A DNA stretch of 64,000 nucleotides from Nannocystis radixulma (GTDB lineage Bacteria > Myxococcota_A > Polyangia > Nannocystales > Nannocystaceae), in contig NZ_JAQNDN010000024.1 in assembly GCF_028369095.1 (NCBI RefSeq), positions 629,253 through 693,252 on the forward strand, written 5' to 3'. Within the stretch, counting starts at the first letter, position 1, and the number at the start of each line of letters is the position of its first letter. Made by a program: the position numbers and the translations under genes. Under the pieces are notes generated by a model that saw only the letters and a program-made list of their open reading frames with translations, did no database searches and was not told the DNA's origin. Below, piece after piece: positions 50,090-59,213 of the stretch.

Positions 50090-50815
50090 GTGCTCGTGAA
50101 TTCGGGGCGAGGCAACGGCGAGACGCGCGAGGCCATCCTCGACGCCACCGATCGGCTGCTGACGACCCGGGGCTTCCGCGGCGTGACGATGGACGACATC
50201 GCCGCCGAGGCGGGGGTCAGCCGGCGGACGATCTACATGTACTTCCCGAGCAAGGAAGAGGTGGGGTTGTCGTCGATCGACCGGGTGGTGGCGCAGACGT
50301 ACGCGCGCCTGGTCGAGCTCGCGAGCGGGACGGGCGACGTCGCGGCGGTGCTGCACCGGGTGCTGGTCGAGCGGGTGCTGCGGCGCTTCGACAGCGTCAG
50401 CGCCTACCACACGAGCCTGGACGAGCTGTTCGAGGCGGTGCGCCCGGCGTACATGGCCCGCCGGACGATCCACATGGAGCGCGAGGTGGCGTTGGTGGCC
50501 AAGGTGCTGGCGGCCGGCCGCGCGGGCGGGCGGTTCGCGCTCGACGACGCGGTGGCGACGGCGTCGACGCTGGTGAAGGCGACCAATGCGTTCCTGCCCT
50601 ACAGCCTGAGCGTGCACGAGCTCGGGCAACGGGCGCACGTCGAGGTCGAGGTCCGGCGCATGGCCGACTTGCTGCTCAGGAGCCTGGTGGTGCCGGGGTC
50701 GGAGCTGCGAGCCAAGGGGGCGGCGGCGGCGAAGAAGCAGGCGAAGGCGCAAACAGGAGCGCGTGCCCGGCCGGGTGAGGCAGGGGCGACGCGGAGAAAG
50801 AAACTGAAGCCGTGA
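50090..50815 (+). CDS. TetR-family transcriptional regulator
   Basis: GTG about 50090; HTH region TREAILDATDRLLTTRGFRGVTMDDIAAEAGVSRRTIYMYFPSKEEV; perfect operator-like palindrome 10 nt upstream. Confidence 0.8.
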   Translation: MLVNSGRGNGETREAILDATDRLLTTRGFRGVTMDDIAAEAGVSRRTIYMYFPSKEEVGLSSIDRVVAQTYARLVELASGTGDVAAVLHRVLVERVLRRFDSVSAYHTSLDELFEAVRPAYMARRTIHMEREVALVAKVLAAGRAGGRFALDDAVATASTLVKATNAFLPYSLSVHELGQRAHVEVEVRRMADLLLRSLVVPGSELRAKGAAAAKKQAKAQTGARARPGEAGATRRKKLKP

Positions 50816-50909
50816 CGGGGCGGTCGGAGTGAGCCGGGATTTCGCCGCAGCGAGCAGAGACAGGAATGACAGGACAGGGCCCGCGCCGGGGTCCCACGAT
50901 TCGGAGACG

Positions 50910-52052
50910 ATGGTGATGCGATTGTACAGGAGCCTGATCGGTTGGCTGACGATATCCACTCTCTACGCTTTCGGTTGCGCGCCGGTCGCGGCCGCCCGGC
51001 CGGCCGCAGCGGCGCCCGCCGAGGCCAGCGAACCGAAGCGAGCCGTGCCGCCGCCGCGGCCGCCGAAGGGGCCGGACGGGCCGATCACGGCGGCCGAGCG
51101 CGAGCAGGCGATCGAGGCGCTGGCCCGCGAGTTGACGGACAAGTACGTGTTCCCGAAGAAGGCGACCGAAGTGGCGCGCGCGCTCCGGGCCCGCAAGAAG
51201 CGCGGCGAATACAATGGCATCACCACGGGCCATGCGCTGGCGACGGCGCTGACCGCTCATATCAACGAGGTGCTGTTCGACGCCCACTTCCACGTGCGGT
51301 TCAGCAAGGAGACGCTGCCGCCGCAGCGGCAGCCCGGGCCGCCGTCGGCCGAGGATCTGGCGCGCTACGAGGAGTTCGCCAACCAGGTGAACGGCGGGTT
51401 CGAGCGGGTCGAGCGGCTGGCGGGCAACCTCGGCTACGTCGAGGTGCGGTCGTTCGAGTTCCCGGGGCGCGGCTTCACGGCGGCGAGCGCTGCGATGGAC
51501 TTCCTGGCGGAGACCGACGGGCTCATCATCGACCTGCGCCGCAACGGCGGCGGAGCGCCCGAGGTGGTGGCGTACCTCTGCAGCTACTTCTTCGACGAGC
51601 CGGTGCACCTCAACGACCTGTACTTCCGGCCAGATGACGCGACGCGCCAGTTCTGGACGGCGCCGGTGCCGGGCAAGGCGTACGTCGGCCGCGAGATCTA
51701 CGTGCTCACCAGCAAGAACACCGGGTCGGCGGCGGAGGAGTTCGCCTACAACCTGCAGAACCTCAAGCGCGCGACCATCGTCGGCGAGGTGACGTGGGGC
51801 GGGGCCAACCCCGGCGACATGGTCCGCCTCGGCGACCACTTCGCGGCGTTCGTGCCGACGGGACGCGCGATCAACCCGATCTCGAAGACGAACTGGGAGG
51901 GCGTCGGCGTGAAGCCCGACGTCGCGGTGCCGGCCGACGACGCGCTGCGCGTGGCGCAGGTCAAGCTGCTCGAGAAGCAGGTGGCGAAGGCGACGGACCC
52001 GCAGGCGAAGGAGATGCTCGAGGCGCGGCTGCGCGAGCTGCAGGCGAAGTGA
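50910..52052 (+). CDS. S41-family peptidase (tail-specific protease-like), secreted
   Basis: Signal MVMRLYRSLIGWLTISTLYAFGCAP; motifs LIIDLRRNGGG and TSKNTGSAAEEFA of the S41/IRBP-like fold. Confidence 0.75.
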   Translation: MVMRLYRSLIGWLTISTLYAFGCAPVAAARPAAAAPAEASEPKRAVPPPRPPKGPDGPITAAEREQAIEALARELTDKYVFPKKATEVARALRARKKRGEYNGITTGHALATALTAHINEVLFDAHFHVRFSKETLPPQRQPGPPSAEDLARYEEFANQVNGGFERVERLAGNLGYVEVRSFEFPGRGFTAASAAMDFLAETDGLIIDLRRNGGGAPEVVAYLCSYFFDEPVHLNDLYFRPDDATRQFWTAPVPGKAYVGREIYVLTSKNTGSAAEEFAYNLQNLKRATIVGEVTWGGANPGDMVRLGDHFAAFVPTGRAINPISKTNWEGVGVKPDVAVPADDALRVAQVKLLEKQVAKATDPQAKEMLEARLRELQAK

Positions 52053-52214
52053 GGGCGCATGTTCGGCATGCCGCGTGCCGCCCCGTCAGGAGCGACACGC
52101 CGTGAATGACGCGTCCCACCAACCGGCAGCGAAACGCGGCTCCGGCAGGTCTTCCCCGACGACCATGAAGTCGGCGCGGTCTACCCGCACGAGGACGAGG
52201 CGGTCGGTGATGCT

Positions 52215-52931
52215 TCAGAAGGTGCAGATGCCGACCACGACGCCGACCTGCGGCACCGGGGCGCCCTCGCGGTGGGCGAAGTCGTAGCCGAGGCGGACCA
52301 TTCCGGCGACGATGCCGCGGCGGCGCGAGCCGAAGCGGAGGCCGACCCGGCCCTCGGCCTCGATCATGGGCGAGAAGAAGCGGACCGCGAAGCCGCCGCC
52401 GACGCTGGCGAAGCCGCGGCCGCGCGCGCCGAAGCTCGTGAGGCCGGTGACGTGATAGCGGTGGGTGAGGAGGCCGGAGAGGTAGCGCTCGGCGAGCCCG
52501 GTCGACACGGTGAACTGGAAGCCCAGCGCCCACGGGCTGCGCTTCAGCCGGGCGCCGAAGAAGAACGGCAGGTTCGCGGAGGGGAAGTAGTGGAGCCCGA
52601 GCGTCGGTCCCGGCAGGAACGCGAACACGAACCGCGACTTGTTCGCCGGGGCCGGCGCAGGAGGGTAGGCTGGCGGAGCAGACATGTCCTGATGGACATA
52701 CGCGGGCCCAGGCGCGGGCTGCGGGGCTGCCGAGGGGTCGGCGGTCCCGTCGATCGGGGCCGTCGCGGGGGCCGCGGGCGCGGCCGTCGCTGCAGGCGCA
52801 GGGGCGGGCGCGTCGGGAGCGGCTGCCGGAGCGGGCGCGGCGGGCGGCGGGACGGCGACGCCGGCCGGGGTCGGAGCCTGACCGAAAAGACTTGTCGCAA
52901 GAGACATGTGTAAAAGAACATGGGAAATCAT
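52215..52931 (-). CDS. putative outer-membrane beta-barrel protein with Pro/Ala-rich N-terminal region
   Basis: Internal ATG at 52931; signal-like MISHVLLHMSLATSLFGQA; C-terminal beta-strand pattern ending in Phe. The upstream part of the track ORF is junk. Confidence 0.5.
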   Translation of the reverse strand: MISHVLLHMSLATSLFGQAPTPAGVAVPPPAAPAPAAAPDAPAPAPAATAAPAAPATAPIDGTADPSAAPQPAPGPAYVHQDMSAPPAYPPAPAPANKSRFVFAFLPGPTLGLHYFPSANLPFFFGARLKRSPWALGFQFTVSTGLAERYLSGLLTHRYHVTGLTSFGARGRGFASVGGGFAVRFFSPMIEAEGRVGLRFGSRRRGIVAGMVRLGYDFAHREGAPVPQVGVVVGICTF

Positions 52932-53845
52932 GACGCACCTCCGGCGGCGCGACGGCGGCGGCGGCCGAGCGTGCCGATCCACAGCAGCGGGGCGAACAGC
53001 CACAGCGCCAGCGGCGACGCGTGGCCGGTCACGGCGCAGGGCGTGTAGATGAGCTCGCGGTCGTAGTCGCCGCGGTCGAAGCGGCGCGTCTCGCCGCGGG
53101 TGCCGTCGGCGGCGACAGGCGTGAGCTCGAGGCCTCCCTTGGTCGGCGGCATCTCGATCGCGCTCGACCAATTGCTGTCGGGCTCGCGGACGGCGAACAC
53201 CTGGCCGTCGTCGTAGAGCACCTCGACGTAGCCGCCCTCGAGCAGCCACGGCTGCTCGAGGTCGAGCCGCAGGTCGAGGTAGCTGCCGCTCTCGCAGCAG
53301 CCCTCGTCGCCGCGCTTGAACTCGAGCCCGATGTCGTCCAGCGAGCCCGGCGCCGCGGCCGGCGCGGGGTCGAGGCGCGAGCGCACGAACGTGTACTGGC
53401 CCTGCTCGTCGTTGGGCGCGGGGCCGTTGGCGTCGCACACGAGCACGTAGGAGCGCTCGGGGAGGAGCGGGCGCTCGGGCACGTAGCGGACGAGCGCGTC
53501 AGGGAAATTGTCGCCGCCGACGTACGAGGGCTCGACGTTGCAGTGCTCCGCGCCGTCGACCTCGACCGCGACCGGGATGACGTCGTCGCCGCGCTCCAGC
53601 CGGCACTCCGAGGGGGGGGCAAAGTCGTACGCGCAGCCGCGCAGCTCCCAGAACTGGGCGTCGAGCGGGAACTCGGCGGTCGAGTCGTGCAGCGAGCCGG
53701 GCATCGACCACTCGTCCTCCCACGGCGGACCGTCGCACGAGAGCGCCGCCGCGGGCCGCTCCGGCAGGACGAACAGCGCCGCGCAGGCCAGCCCGGCCAG
53801 GACTCGCGCGCGCGTCGTCGAAGAGATGTTTGTTGTGCTGTACAT
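52928..53845 (-). CDS. secreted protein with MYXO-CTERM sorting tail
   Basis: Signal MYSTTNISSTTRARVLAGLACAALFV; C-terminus CAVTGHASPLALWLFAPLLWIGTLGRRRRR fits the MYXO-CTERM pattern (Cys, hydrophobic span, Arg cluster). 4-nt overlap with the next gene. Confidence 0.6.
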   Translation of the reverse strand: MYSTTNISSTTRARVLAGLACAALFVLPERPAAALSCDGPPWEDEWSMPGSLHDSTAEFPLDAQFWELRGCAYDFAPPSECRLERGDDVIPVAVEVDGAEHCNVEPSYVGGDNFPDALVRYVPERPLLPERSYVLVCDANGPAPNDEQGQYTFVRSRLDPAPAAAPGSLDDIGLEFKRGDEGCCESGSYLDLRLDLEQPWLLEGGYVEVLYDDGQVFAVREPDSNWSSAIEMPPTKGGLELTPVAADGTRGETRRFDRGDYDRELIYTPCAVTGHASPLALWLFAPLLWIGTLGRRRRRAAGGAS

Positions 53846-54134
53846 GATGGGCGTCACCGTGCGGACCTGGAGTCGCCGCAGGCGACCGAAAAATTGCGGG
53901 AGCCGAAAATTGCCGCTCGCGCGGGCCTGGACGAGGTTTGGCGGGTCGGGCTGGTTGAAATCGCGCGCGGGCGTCGCGACCTGGGCGGGTCGGGCGGAGT
54001 CGTGCCCCGCGCCCCTCTGAACATGGCTATTCAGACATGTTCATGAGAACATGGCGAAATAGACATCCAAGGTGCCGACGGTGCCGCGGACGATCGTCAG
54101 CTCGACCGGCGTGGCCGCGCGGCGAGGGGTTCGC

Positions 54135-54731
54135 TCATGCGAAGAGCAGGGCCATCATGTGGTCGTCGACGAGCGCGCCGTCGTCGCGGAGGACGAACGC
54201 GCGGCGGGTGCCCTCGAGTCGGAAGCCGAGCGCGTGGTACAGGGCGAGGGCGCGGTGGTTGTCGGCGCGGGTGTAGAGCTCGACGCGGAGGACGCGGCCG
54301 CCGTCGCGGTCGCGGTGGTCGCGGGCCCAGGCGAGGAGATGGGTGAGCAGCGCGCGCCCGAGGCCGCGGCTCTGAGCGCTCGGATGGACGCCCATGCCGA
54401 GGACGGCGACGTGGTGGAGCATGCGGAACGGCAGGCGCACCAGCGACGCTTCGCCCAGCAATTCGCCGTCGTCCTGTTCGGCGACGAGGGCGAAGGCGGC
54501 CCCGGAACTGGCGCGCTTCTCGGCGTACGCGGCGAGGTCGGGCGGGAGCTCGTCGGGGTACTTCACGACGCCGTCGCGGGCGCGCACGATGGCCTGCTCG
54601 AGCGCGTACAGGCCGGCGTCGTCGCCCTCCGCGGCGGCCCGGAGGGTGCAGCGACGACCGTCGGAGAGATGCACGGTGACGGGCGCGAAGGACATGGAGG
54701 ACATGGAGGCGTGGTCGAGCGAGGCTGTCAA
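54135..54731 (-). CDS. GNAT-family N-acetyltransferase (last gene of the putative RiPP-like operon)
   Basis: Motifs HHVAVLGMGVHPSAQSRGLGRALL and YHALGF. A TTG start overlaps the upstream stop; alternative ATGs lie 9 and 11 codons downstream. Confidence 0.7.
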   Translation of the reverse strand: MTASLDHASMSSMSFAPVTVHLSDGRRCTLRAAAEGDDAGLYALEQAIVRARDGVVKYPDELPPDLAAYAEKRASSGAAFALVAEQDDGELLGEASLVRLPFRMLHHVAVLGMGVHPSAQSRGLGRALLTHLLAWARDHRDRDGGRVLRVELYTRADNHRALALYHALGFRLEGTRRAFVLRDDGALVDDHMMALLFA

Positions 54732-55852
54732 GGGCGGGCGATCGGGCGCAGCGAGGCGGCGCTCAGGGCGAGGTGCGGAGCGCCCTGGCTGACGGGCAGG
54801 TTGTTCTGACCGTCCTTGTTGCAGCCGAGCGCGGAGTCGAAGAAGGTGAGGTCGTCGGCGATGCCGGCGAGCCGGGCGAGCGTGGCGAGCTTGTCACCCA
54901 CGAGGTCGAAGCGGCGCAGCACCTCGCCGGTCGGTCGGCCGTCGCGGATCCGCACGCCGTACGCGGGGCGGAGGACGAACTCGCGGCCGACCGAGCCGCC
55001 GCCGATCACGCCGCGGCAATAGATGGCGTCGGCCTGGTCCGCGAGCAGAGCCGCCGGCGACTGCCCGCCGGGCTCGACGTAGGTCACGGCCATGCGCGGG
55101 ATGGCGGGCGCGTCGTCGACCCGCCGACCGTGACCCGAGCTGTCGACGCCGAGCTGCCGGGCGCTGGCGCGGCTGTGCAGCAGGCCGCACCAGACGCCGT
55201 CCCGCACGAGCGGGATGGCGTGCGCCGGGACGCCCTCGTCGTCGACGTCATAGCCGCCGACGCGACCCGGGAGGCGCGGATCGTCGACCACGTGGAGCGG
55301 CAGCTCGGTCCAGCGATGCCCGAGCTGGATCCCCGCCGGGGCCATGTACGCGGCGTAGTTGTCGGCCTCGGAGCTGTGGCCGATGCACTCGTGCACCAGC
55401 GTGGACGCGAGCCATGGATCGAGGACCACGGGGCAGCGCGTGACCTCGGCGAGCGGGACGCCGTCGACGGCGGCGCGCACCTCGCCAGCGATCACGTCGC
55501 CCGCGAGCGTGGCGTGGAGCTGGCGAGCCAGCGCGTCGGTGCCGGCCTCGGGGACGCAGGTGTGCCAGACGACGGGGATCCGCGAGCGCGGCCCGGCGAC
55601 GACGAGCCGGATCACGAGAGCGGTGTGCGCGACGCATGCGTCGCCGCGGAGCCGTGCGCGCGACTCGAGCGAGAGCTCGTGGGCGACGACCTCCGGGCCG
55701 AGCGTGGCGGCGAGCGCGACCTGCAGCGCCTCGGCAGCAGCGGCGAGCTCGGACCAGGCGAGCAGCCCGGGGTGCTCGCACGTCGCTCCGAACCACCGCG
55801 GCGCGGCGCCGGCGGTCAGCAGGACGCTGCGGTGGAGACGGACGTCGCTCAT
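54728..55852 (-). CDS. TldD/PmbA-family metallopeptidase
   Basis: Start at MSDVRLHRSVLL (ATGA overlap with the upstream gene). Motif VLDPWLASTLVHECIGHSSEADNY typical of the TldD/PmbA C-terminal domain. Confidence 0.7.
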   Translation of the reverse strand: MSDVRLHRSVLLTAGAAPRWFGATCEHPGLLAWSELAAAAEALQVALAATLGPEVVAHELSLESRARLRGDACVAHTALVIRLVVAGPRSRIPVVWHTCVPEAGTDALARQLHATLAGDVIAGEVRAAVDGVPLAEVTRCPVVLDPWLASTLVHECIGHSSEADNYAAYMAPAGIQLGHRWTELPLHVVDDPRLPGRVGGYDVDDEGVPAHAIPLVRDGVWCGLLHSRASARQLGVDSSGHGRRVDDAPAIPRMAVTYVEPGGQSPAALLADQADAIYCRGVIGGGSVGREFVLRPAYGVRIRDGRPTGEVLRRFDLVGDKLATLARLAGIADDLTFFDSALGCNKDGQNNLPVSQGAPHLALSAASLRPIARP

Positions 55853-57978
55853 GTCGCGAGGGCCCGTTCGACGCCGGCGAGCAGGGCCTCTCCGGCGGGC
55901 GTGAGGCGGGCGTGCTGCCGCAGGGTGGACATCGCGGCGGCGACCCGGTCCTCGATCTTTCGCAGATAGCGGTCCATCGGCGCCTCGGCGAGCGCGGGGA
56001 CGCCGGCCGCGAGCATGCGGCGGGTGATCTGAATGTCGTGGAGGAACGAGTACACGCCGTGGACGAGCGCCGTCAGCGGCCGCGGGATGGCGACGAAGGG
56101 CGAGGGGTGGAGCTCGTCGTCGGGGTTGGTGACGACCGGGTAGACGTCGAGCAGCGTGCTGAGCTTGTTGTGCGCGGCCTCGTGGACGAGCGTCTGCGCG
56201 GTCATGTAGTCCGGACGAGCGCTGGCGGTGACGAGGCCGCGAAAGCCGGCGACGCTGGCGTTGTGCGGGCGCAGGCCGTGCGAGCGTACGGGCAGCAGGA
56301 GAGCGACGCTGTCCTCGAGCTCGGCGCGAGCGGCGGGCCAGTGGTGCGCGACGTGCTGCAGGCCCTGGGTCATCGCTACTCGCCACGCCGCCAGCGCGGC
56401 GTCGTCGATGTCGAGGAACAGCGGGCTGACGCGGCCCTCGACGTCCTCGCGCGCCGGGAAGAACTCGGTGTACCAGCGGCTGGTCCGCAGCAGGAGCACG
56501 CGGGAGCCGGGCGCCGTCGCCAGCGGTACGACCTCCCAGCCGTCGCCCCTGGCCGGTTCACGCAGCGCTGCGCGAGGGATCGCCAGCGCCTCGCCAAGGC
56601 GGAGCTCGTCGCCCGCGGCCACGGCGGTGACGACTTCGGGCAGCGGCTCGCGGGTCCGCAGCGCGCATGCCAGCGACAGCAGGTGCAGCTCGGTCGCATC
56701 CGTGGGGGCGAGCAAGACGGGCTCGCCCGCGGGGAGCGCGTCGTGGACGAACAACGCCGGCAGCAGCGCGACGCCGAGGTGACGCACGAGCAGCTCGAGC
56801 TGCGGCGGGAAGGCGAACTCGAGCGCCTCGGCCATGCGCCAGATCCAGGAGGTGAGCTCGGGCCGGAGCAGGAGGTCGCGCAGGACGTCGGGGGCGAGCC
56901 GCTGCACGCCGGCGACCAAGGTGGCCAGCGAACGCCGGTGGGCCTCGTCGTGCAGCTTCGCGTGGGCGCGGCCGCAGAGGACGAGCAGGCGCTTGAGGTA
57001 CGGGCGCCAGGTGTAGTCGCGTAGCAACCGGTGGGCCGCGCCGTCGGGCTCGGGGAGCGCGAGCCGGCTCGGGTCGAGCGGCGGCAGCGGGGCCTGCAGC
57101 AGCGTCCGCACGCGGGCCATGTCGATCGGCAGCGCGTCCGCGGACGAGGCATCGCGCGGCGGAGTGATGCCGGCGGCCTGCCGCAAGCGGGCGACCCGCG
57201 CCTGCCACCACCGCCGCGCCAGCGTGCGCGCGACCTCGGGGTCGCGCAGGGCCTCGCCGAGGTCGGACAGGACCTGGGCGAGCACGTCCGGCAGCGCCGC
57301 CTCGGCGGCCGCGAGATCGACGGGGACCGCGGGCAGCGGCGACCAGAACCGCTCGTCCTCCGAGAGCAGGGCCGCGAGCGTCGGCACGATCTCGCCGTGC
57401 GCCGACTCGGCGTCGACGAGCAGCGAGACGCTCGTCGACGGGCCGCGCGACAGCCCCCAGTGCGGCCAGAAGATCGGGATGTACAGCAGATCGCCCGGCT
57501 CGAGCGTGTACTCGATCGCGCCCGCAGGCATGGGCACCGGGCCGAGCTCCGGGTGCTTCAACATGCGCAGGCGCTGCTGATCGCGCGGGATGATGTCGGG
57601 CGGGTGAAGTCGCCACAGCTTGGCGCCGGACTGCTGGAGGATGAAGTTGTCGCTGTAATCGTAGTGGCTGCCGATGCTGTGCCCGTCCCGCATCGTCGAG
57701 CCGTCGAAGCCGACGCTTGCGCTGCCGAACAGGGACACGAGCCGCTGGGCGAGCGCCCGCAGCCGCGGCACCACGGCGTCGATGCGCTGGGCGAACACGA
57801 CGTCGTCGCCCGAGCGCTTGACGCGGTCGGGGTCGAGCCGGGACAGCCGCGCGATGGCGTCGTCGAGCTCGTCCTCCGTGACGCCGGGCGTGAGCAGGCG
57901 CGAGGCGCCGCCGCGGATGAACAGCGGGCGGCGGCGCCAGTGCGTGGCGAAGAATTCGTCGGGCAGCCAGGTGCTCAC
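55849..57978 (-). CDS. fusion protein: JmjC/cupin-4 oxygenase domain + C-terminal HExxH-motif domain
   Basis: GTG start overlapping the upstream stop (GTGA). N-terminus GHSIGSHYDYSDNFILQQSGAKLWRL ... LEPGDLLYIPIFWPHWG (HxD...H 2-oxoglutarate/Fe cupin). C-terminus LVHEAAHNKLSTLLD (HExxH). Confidence 0.7.
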   Translation of the reverse strand: MSTWLPDEFFATHWRRRPLFIRGGASRLLTPGVTEDELDDAIARLSRLDPDRVKRSGDDVVFAQRIDAVVPRLRALAQRLVSLFGSASVGFDGSTMRDGHSIGSHYDYSDNFILQQSGAKLWRLHPPDIIPRDQQRLRMLKHPELGPVPMPAGAIEYTLEPGDLLYIPIFWPHWGLSRGPSTSVSLLVDAESAHGEIVPTLAALLSEDERFWSPLPAVPVDLAAAEAALPDVLAQVLSDLGEALRDPEVARTLARRWWQARVARLRQAAGITPPRDASSADALPIDMARVRTLLQAPLPPLDPSRLALPEPDGAAHRLLRDYTWRPYLKRLLVLCGRAHAKLHDEAHRRSLATLVAGVQRLAPDVLRDLLLRPELTSWIWRMAEALEFAFPPQLELLVRHLGVALLPALFVHDALPAGEPVLLAPTDATELHLLSLACALRTREPLPEVVTAVAAGDELRLGEALAIPRAALREPARGDGWEVVPLATAPGSRVLLLRTSRWYTEFFPAREDVEGRVSPLFLDIDDAALAAWRVAMTQGLQHVAHHWPAARAELEDSVALLLPVRSHGLRPHNASVAGFRGLVTASARPDYMTAQTLVHEAAHNKLSTLLDVYPVVTNPDDELHPSPFVAIPRPLTALVHGVYSFLHDIQITRRMLAAGVPALAEAPMDRYLRKIEDRVAAAMSTLRQHARLTPAGEALLAGVERALAT

Positions 57979-59213
57979 AGTCCTGCGTCCTTTCGTGTCG
58001 CCTGCAATCGCTCGAGCCGCGCGCGGACCTCGTCGAGCTCGCGGGCGCGGCCGAGGCGGGCCGCGGCGATGCTGGCGAGCTGGTACGGCTCGGCCCGCAG
58101 CGGGATCCGCTCGAGGCAGCGCAGCGCGGCGGCCAGGCCGGCCGCGAAGTCGCCGCGCCGGCACTCGGCGAGGGCGCGCAGGGAGAGGCTGTGGGCCTGC
58201 ATGGTGTCGATGAGGTCGCCCTCGGCGCGAGCGAACCACTCGGCCGCCGCGCCCGGCTCGCGCCGCGCGAGGTGGCGAAGGCCGAGCTCGTAGGCCGGCC
58301 AGGTTGCGCGGTCGCCGAGCCTGCGCGCCTCGGCGTGGGCCTCCGCGGCCTCGCCCAGCCGATCGGCGCGGGCGCACAACACGGCGCACAGGGCCATCCC
58401 GGGCCCGCCCAGGGGGTCCAGCTCGCTGGCGGTGAGCTCGGCGAGCTCGGCGTGCGACGCCGGCGCTGCGCGAGCGACGACGGCGAGGCTGCGCGCGGCC
58501 TGCTGCGGCCGCGGGGTCGAGGGGGCGAACGCGAAGCCCATCGCCGCGGCCAGCCGGGCGCCGAGCGGCCGCAGGTGCTCGGGCATGAAGCCGCTGGCGA
58601 TCGAATGGGTCATCGCCGGCGGGTCGTCGAGCAGGCCGGCGGCGGCCAGCTCGGCGGCGACGTCGGCTGGCTCATGGGTCAGGTCGGGACTGCCGTCGTA
58701 AAAGAAGTCGAGGTCGACGTCGAGCCGGGCGCCGCGCAACCCGAGCCGCGACAACCTGCGCAGCGTGGTCGCCTCGACCCGCAACCCGCCGACGCGCGCG
58801 CGGGCGGCGACGTCGTCGGCGACGAAGCTGCCGAGCACCTCGTGCCCGTGGCCGGGCAGCAGCGACAGGGCCGACCACAGCACCTCCGCGAGCTGGGCCG
58901 CGCTCCGCGGCCGCGGCTCCGGCAGGACCCACACCACGCGCTCGATCAGCCCGAGGTCGGCGGCGGCGTAGAGGAAGCTGTCGAGGCCGTAGGCGAACCG
59001 GTCGTCGTCGCGGAACGGGAGATCGCGGTGGAGCCGGTCGAGACCGCCGCCGTGGGCGCCGTCGCGGACGCGCGCGAGCTGGTCGGCGGCGATCCGCTTG
59101 AGGTCGAGGTGATGATCGAGGACGACCACGCACTCGCGCGACCAGCCCTGGCGATGCCAGTGCGCGAGCACCTCGCCGTGCTCCTCGAAGGCGCGGACCA
59201 GTCCCCGCGTCAC
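57975..59213 (-). CDS. hypothetical protein with helical C-terminal half (operon member)
   Basis: 412 aa; N-terminus AHWHRQGWSRECVVVLDHHLD; 4-nt overlaps at both ends indicate coupling. Confidence 0.55.
   Translation of the reverse strand: MTRGLVRAFEEHGEVLAHWHRQGWSRECVVVLDHHLDLKRIAADQLARVRDGAHGGGLDRLHRDLPFRDDDRFAYGLDSFLYAAADLGLIERVVWVLPEPRPRSAAQLAEVLWSALSLLPGHGHEVLGSFVADDVAARARVGGLRVEATTLRRLSRLGLRGARLDVDLDFFYDGSPDLTHEPADVAAELAAAGLLDDPPAMTHSIASGFMPEHLRPLGARLAAAMGFAFAPSTPRPQQAARSLAVVARAAPASHAELAELTASELDPLGGPGMALCAVLCARADRLGEAAEAHAEARRLGDRATWPAYELGLRHLARREPGAAAEWFARAEGDLIDTMQAHSLSLRALAECRRGDFAAGLAAALRCLERIPLRAEPYQLASIAAARLGRARELDEVRARLERLQATRKDAGL

Noticed and set aside
55636-57024. 462-aa plus ORF antisense to TldD-like and JmjC genes
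   Set aside because: Low-complexity G/R/E-rich; the sense frames carry the HxD..H, HExxH and TldD motifs.
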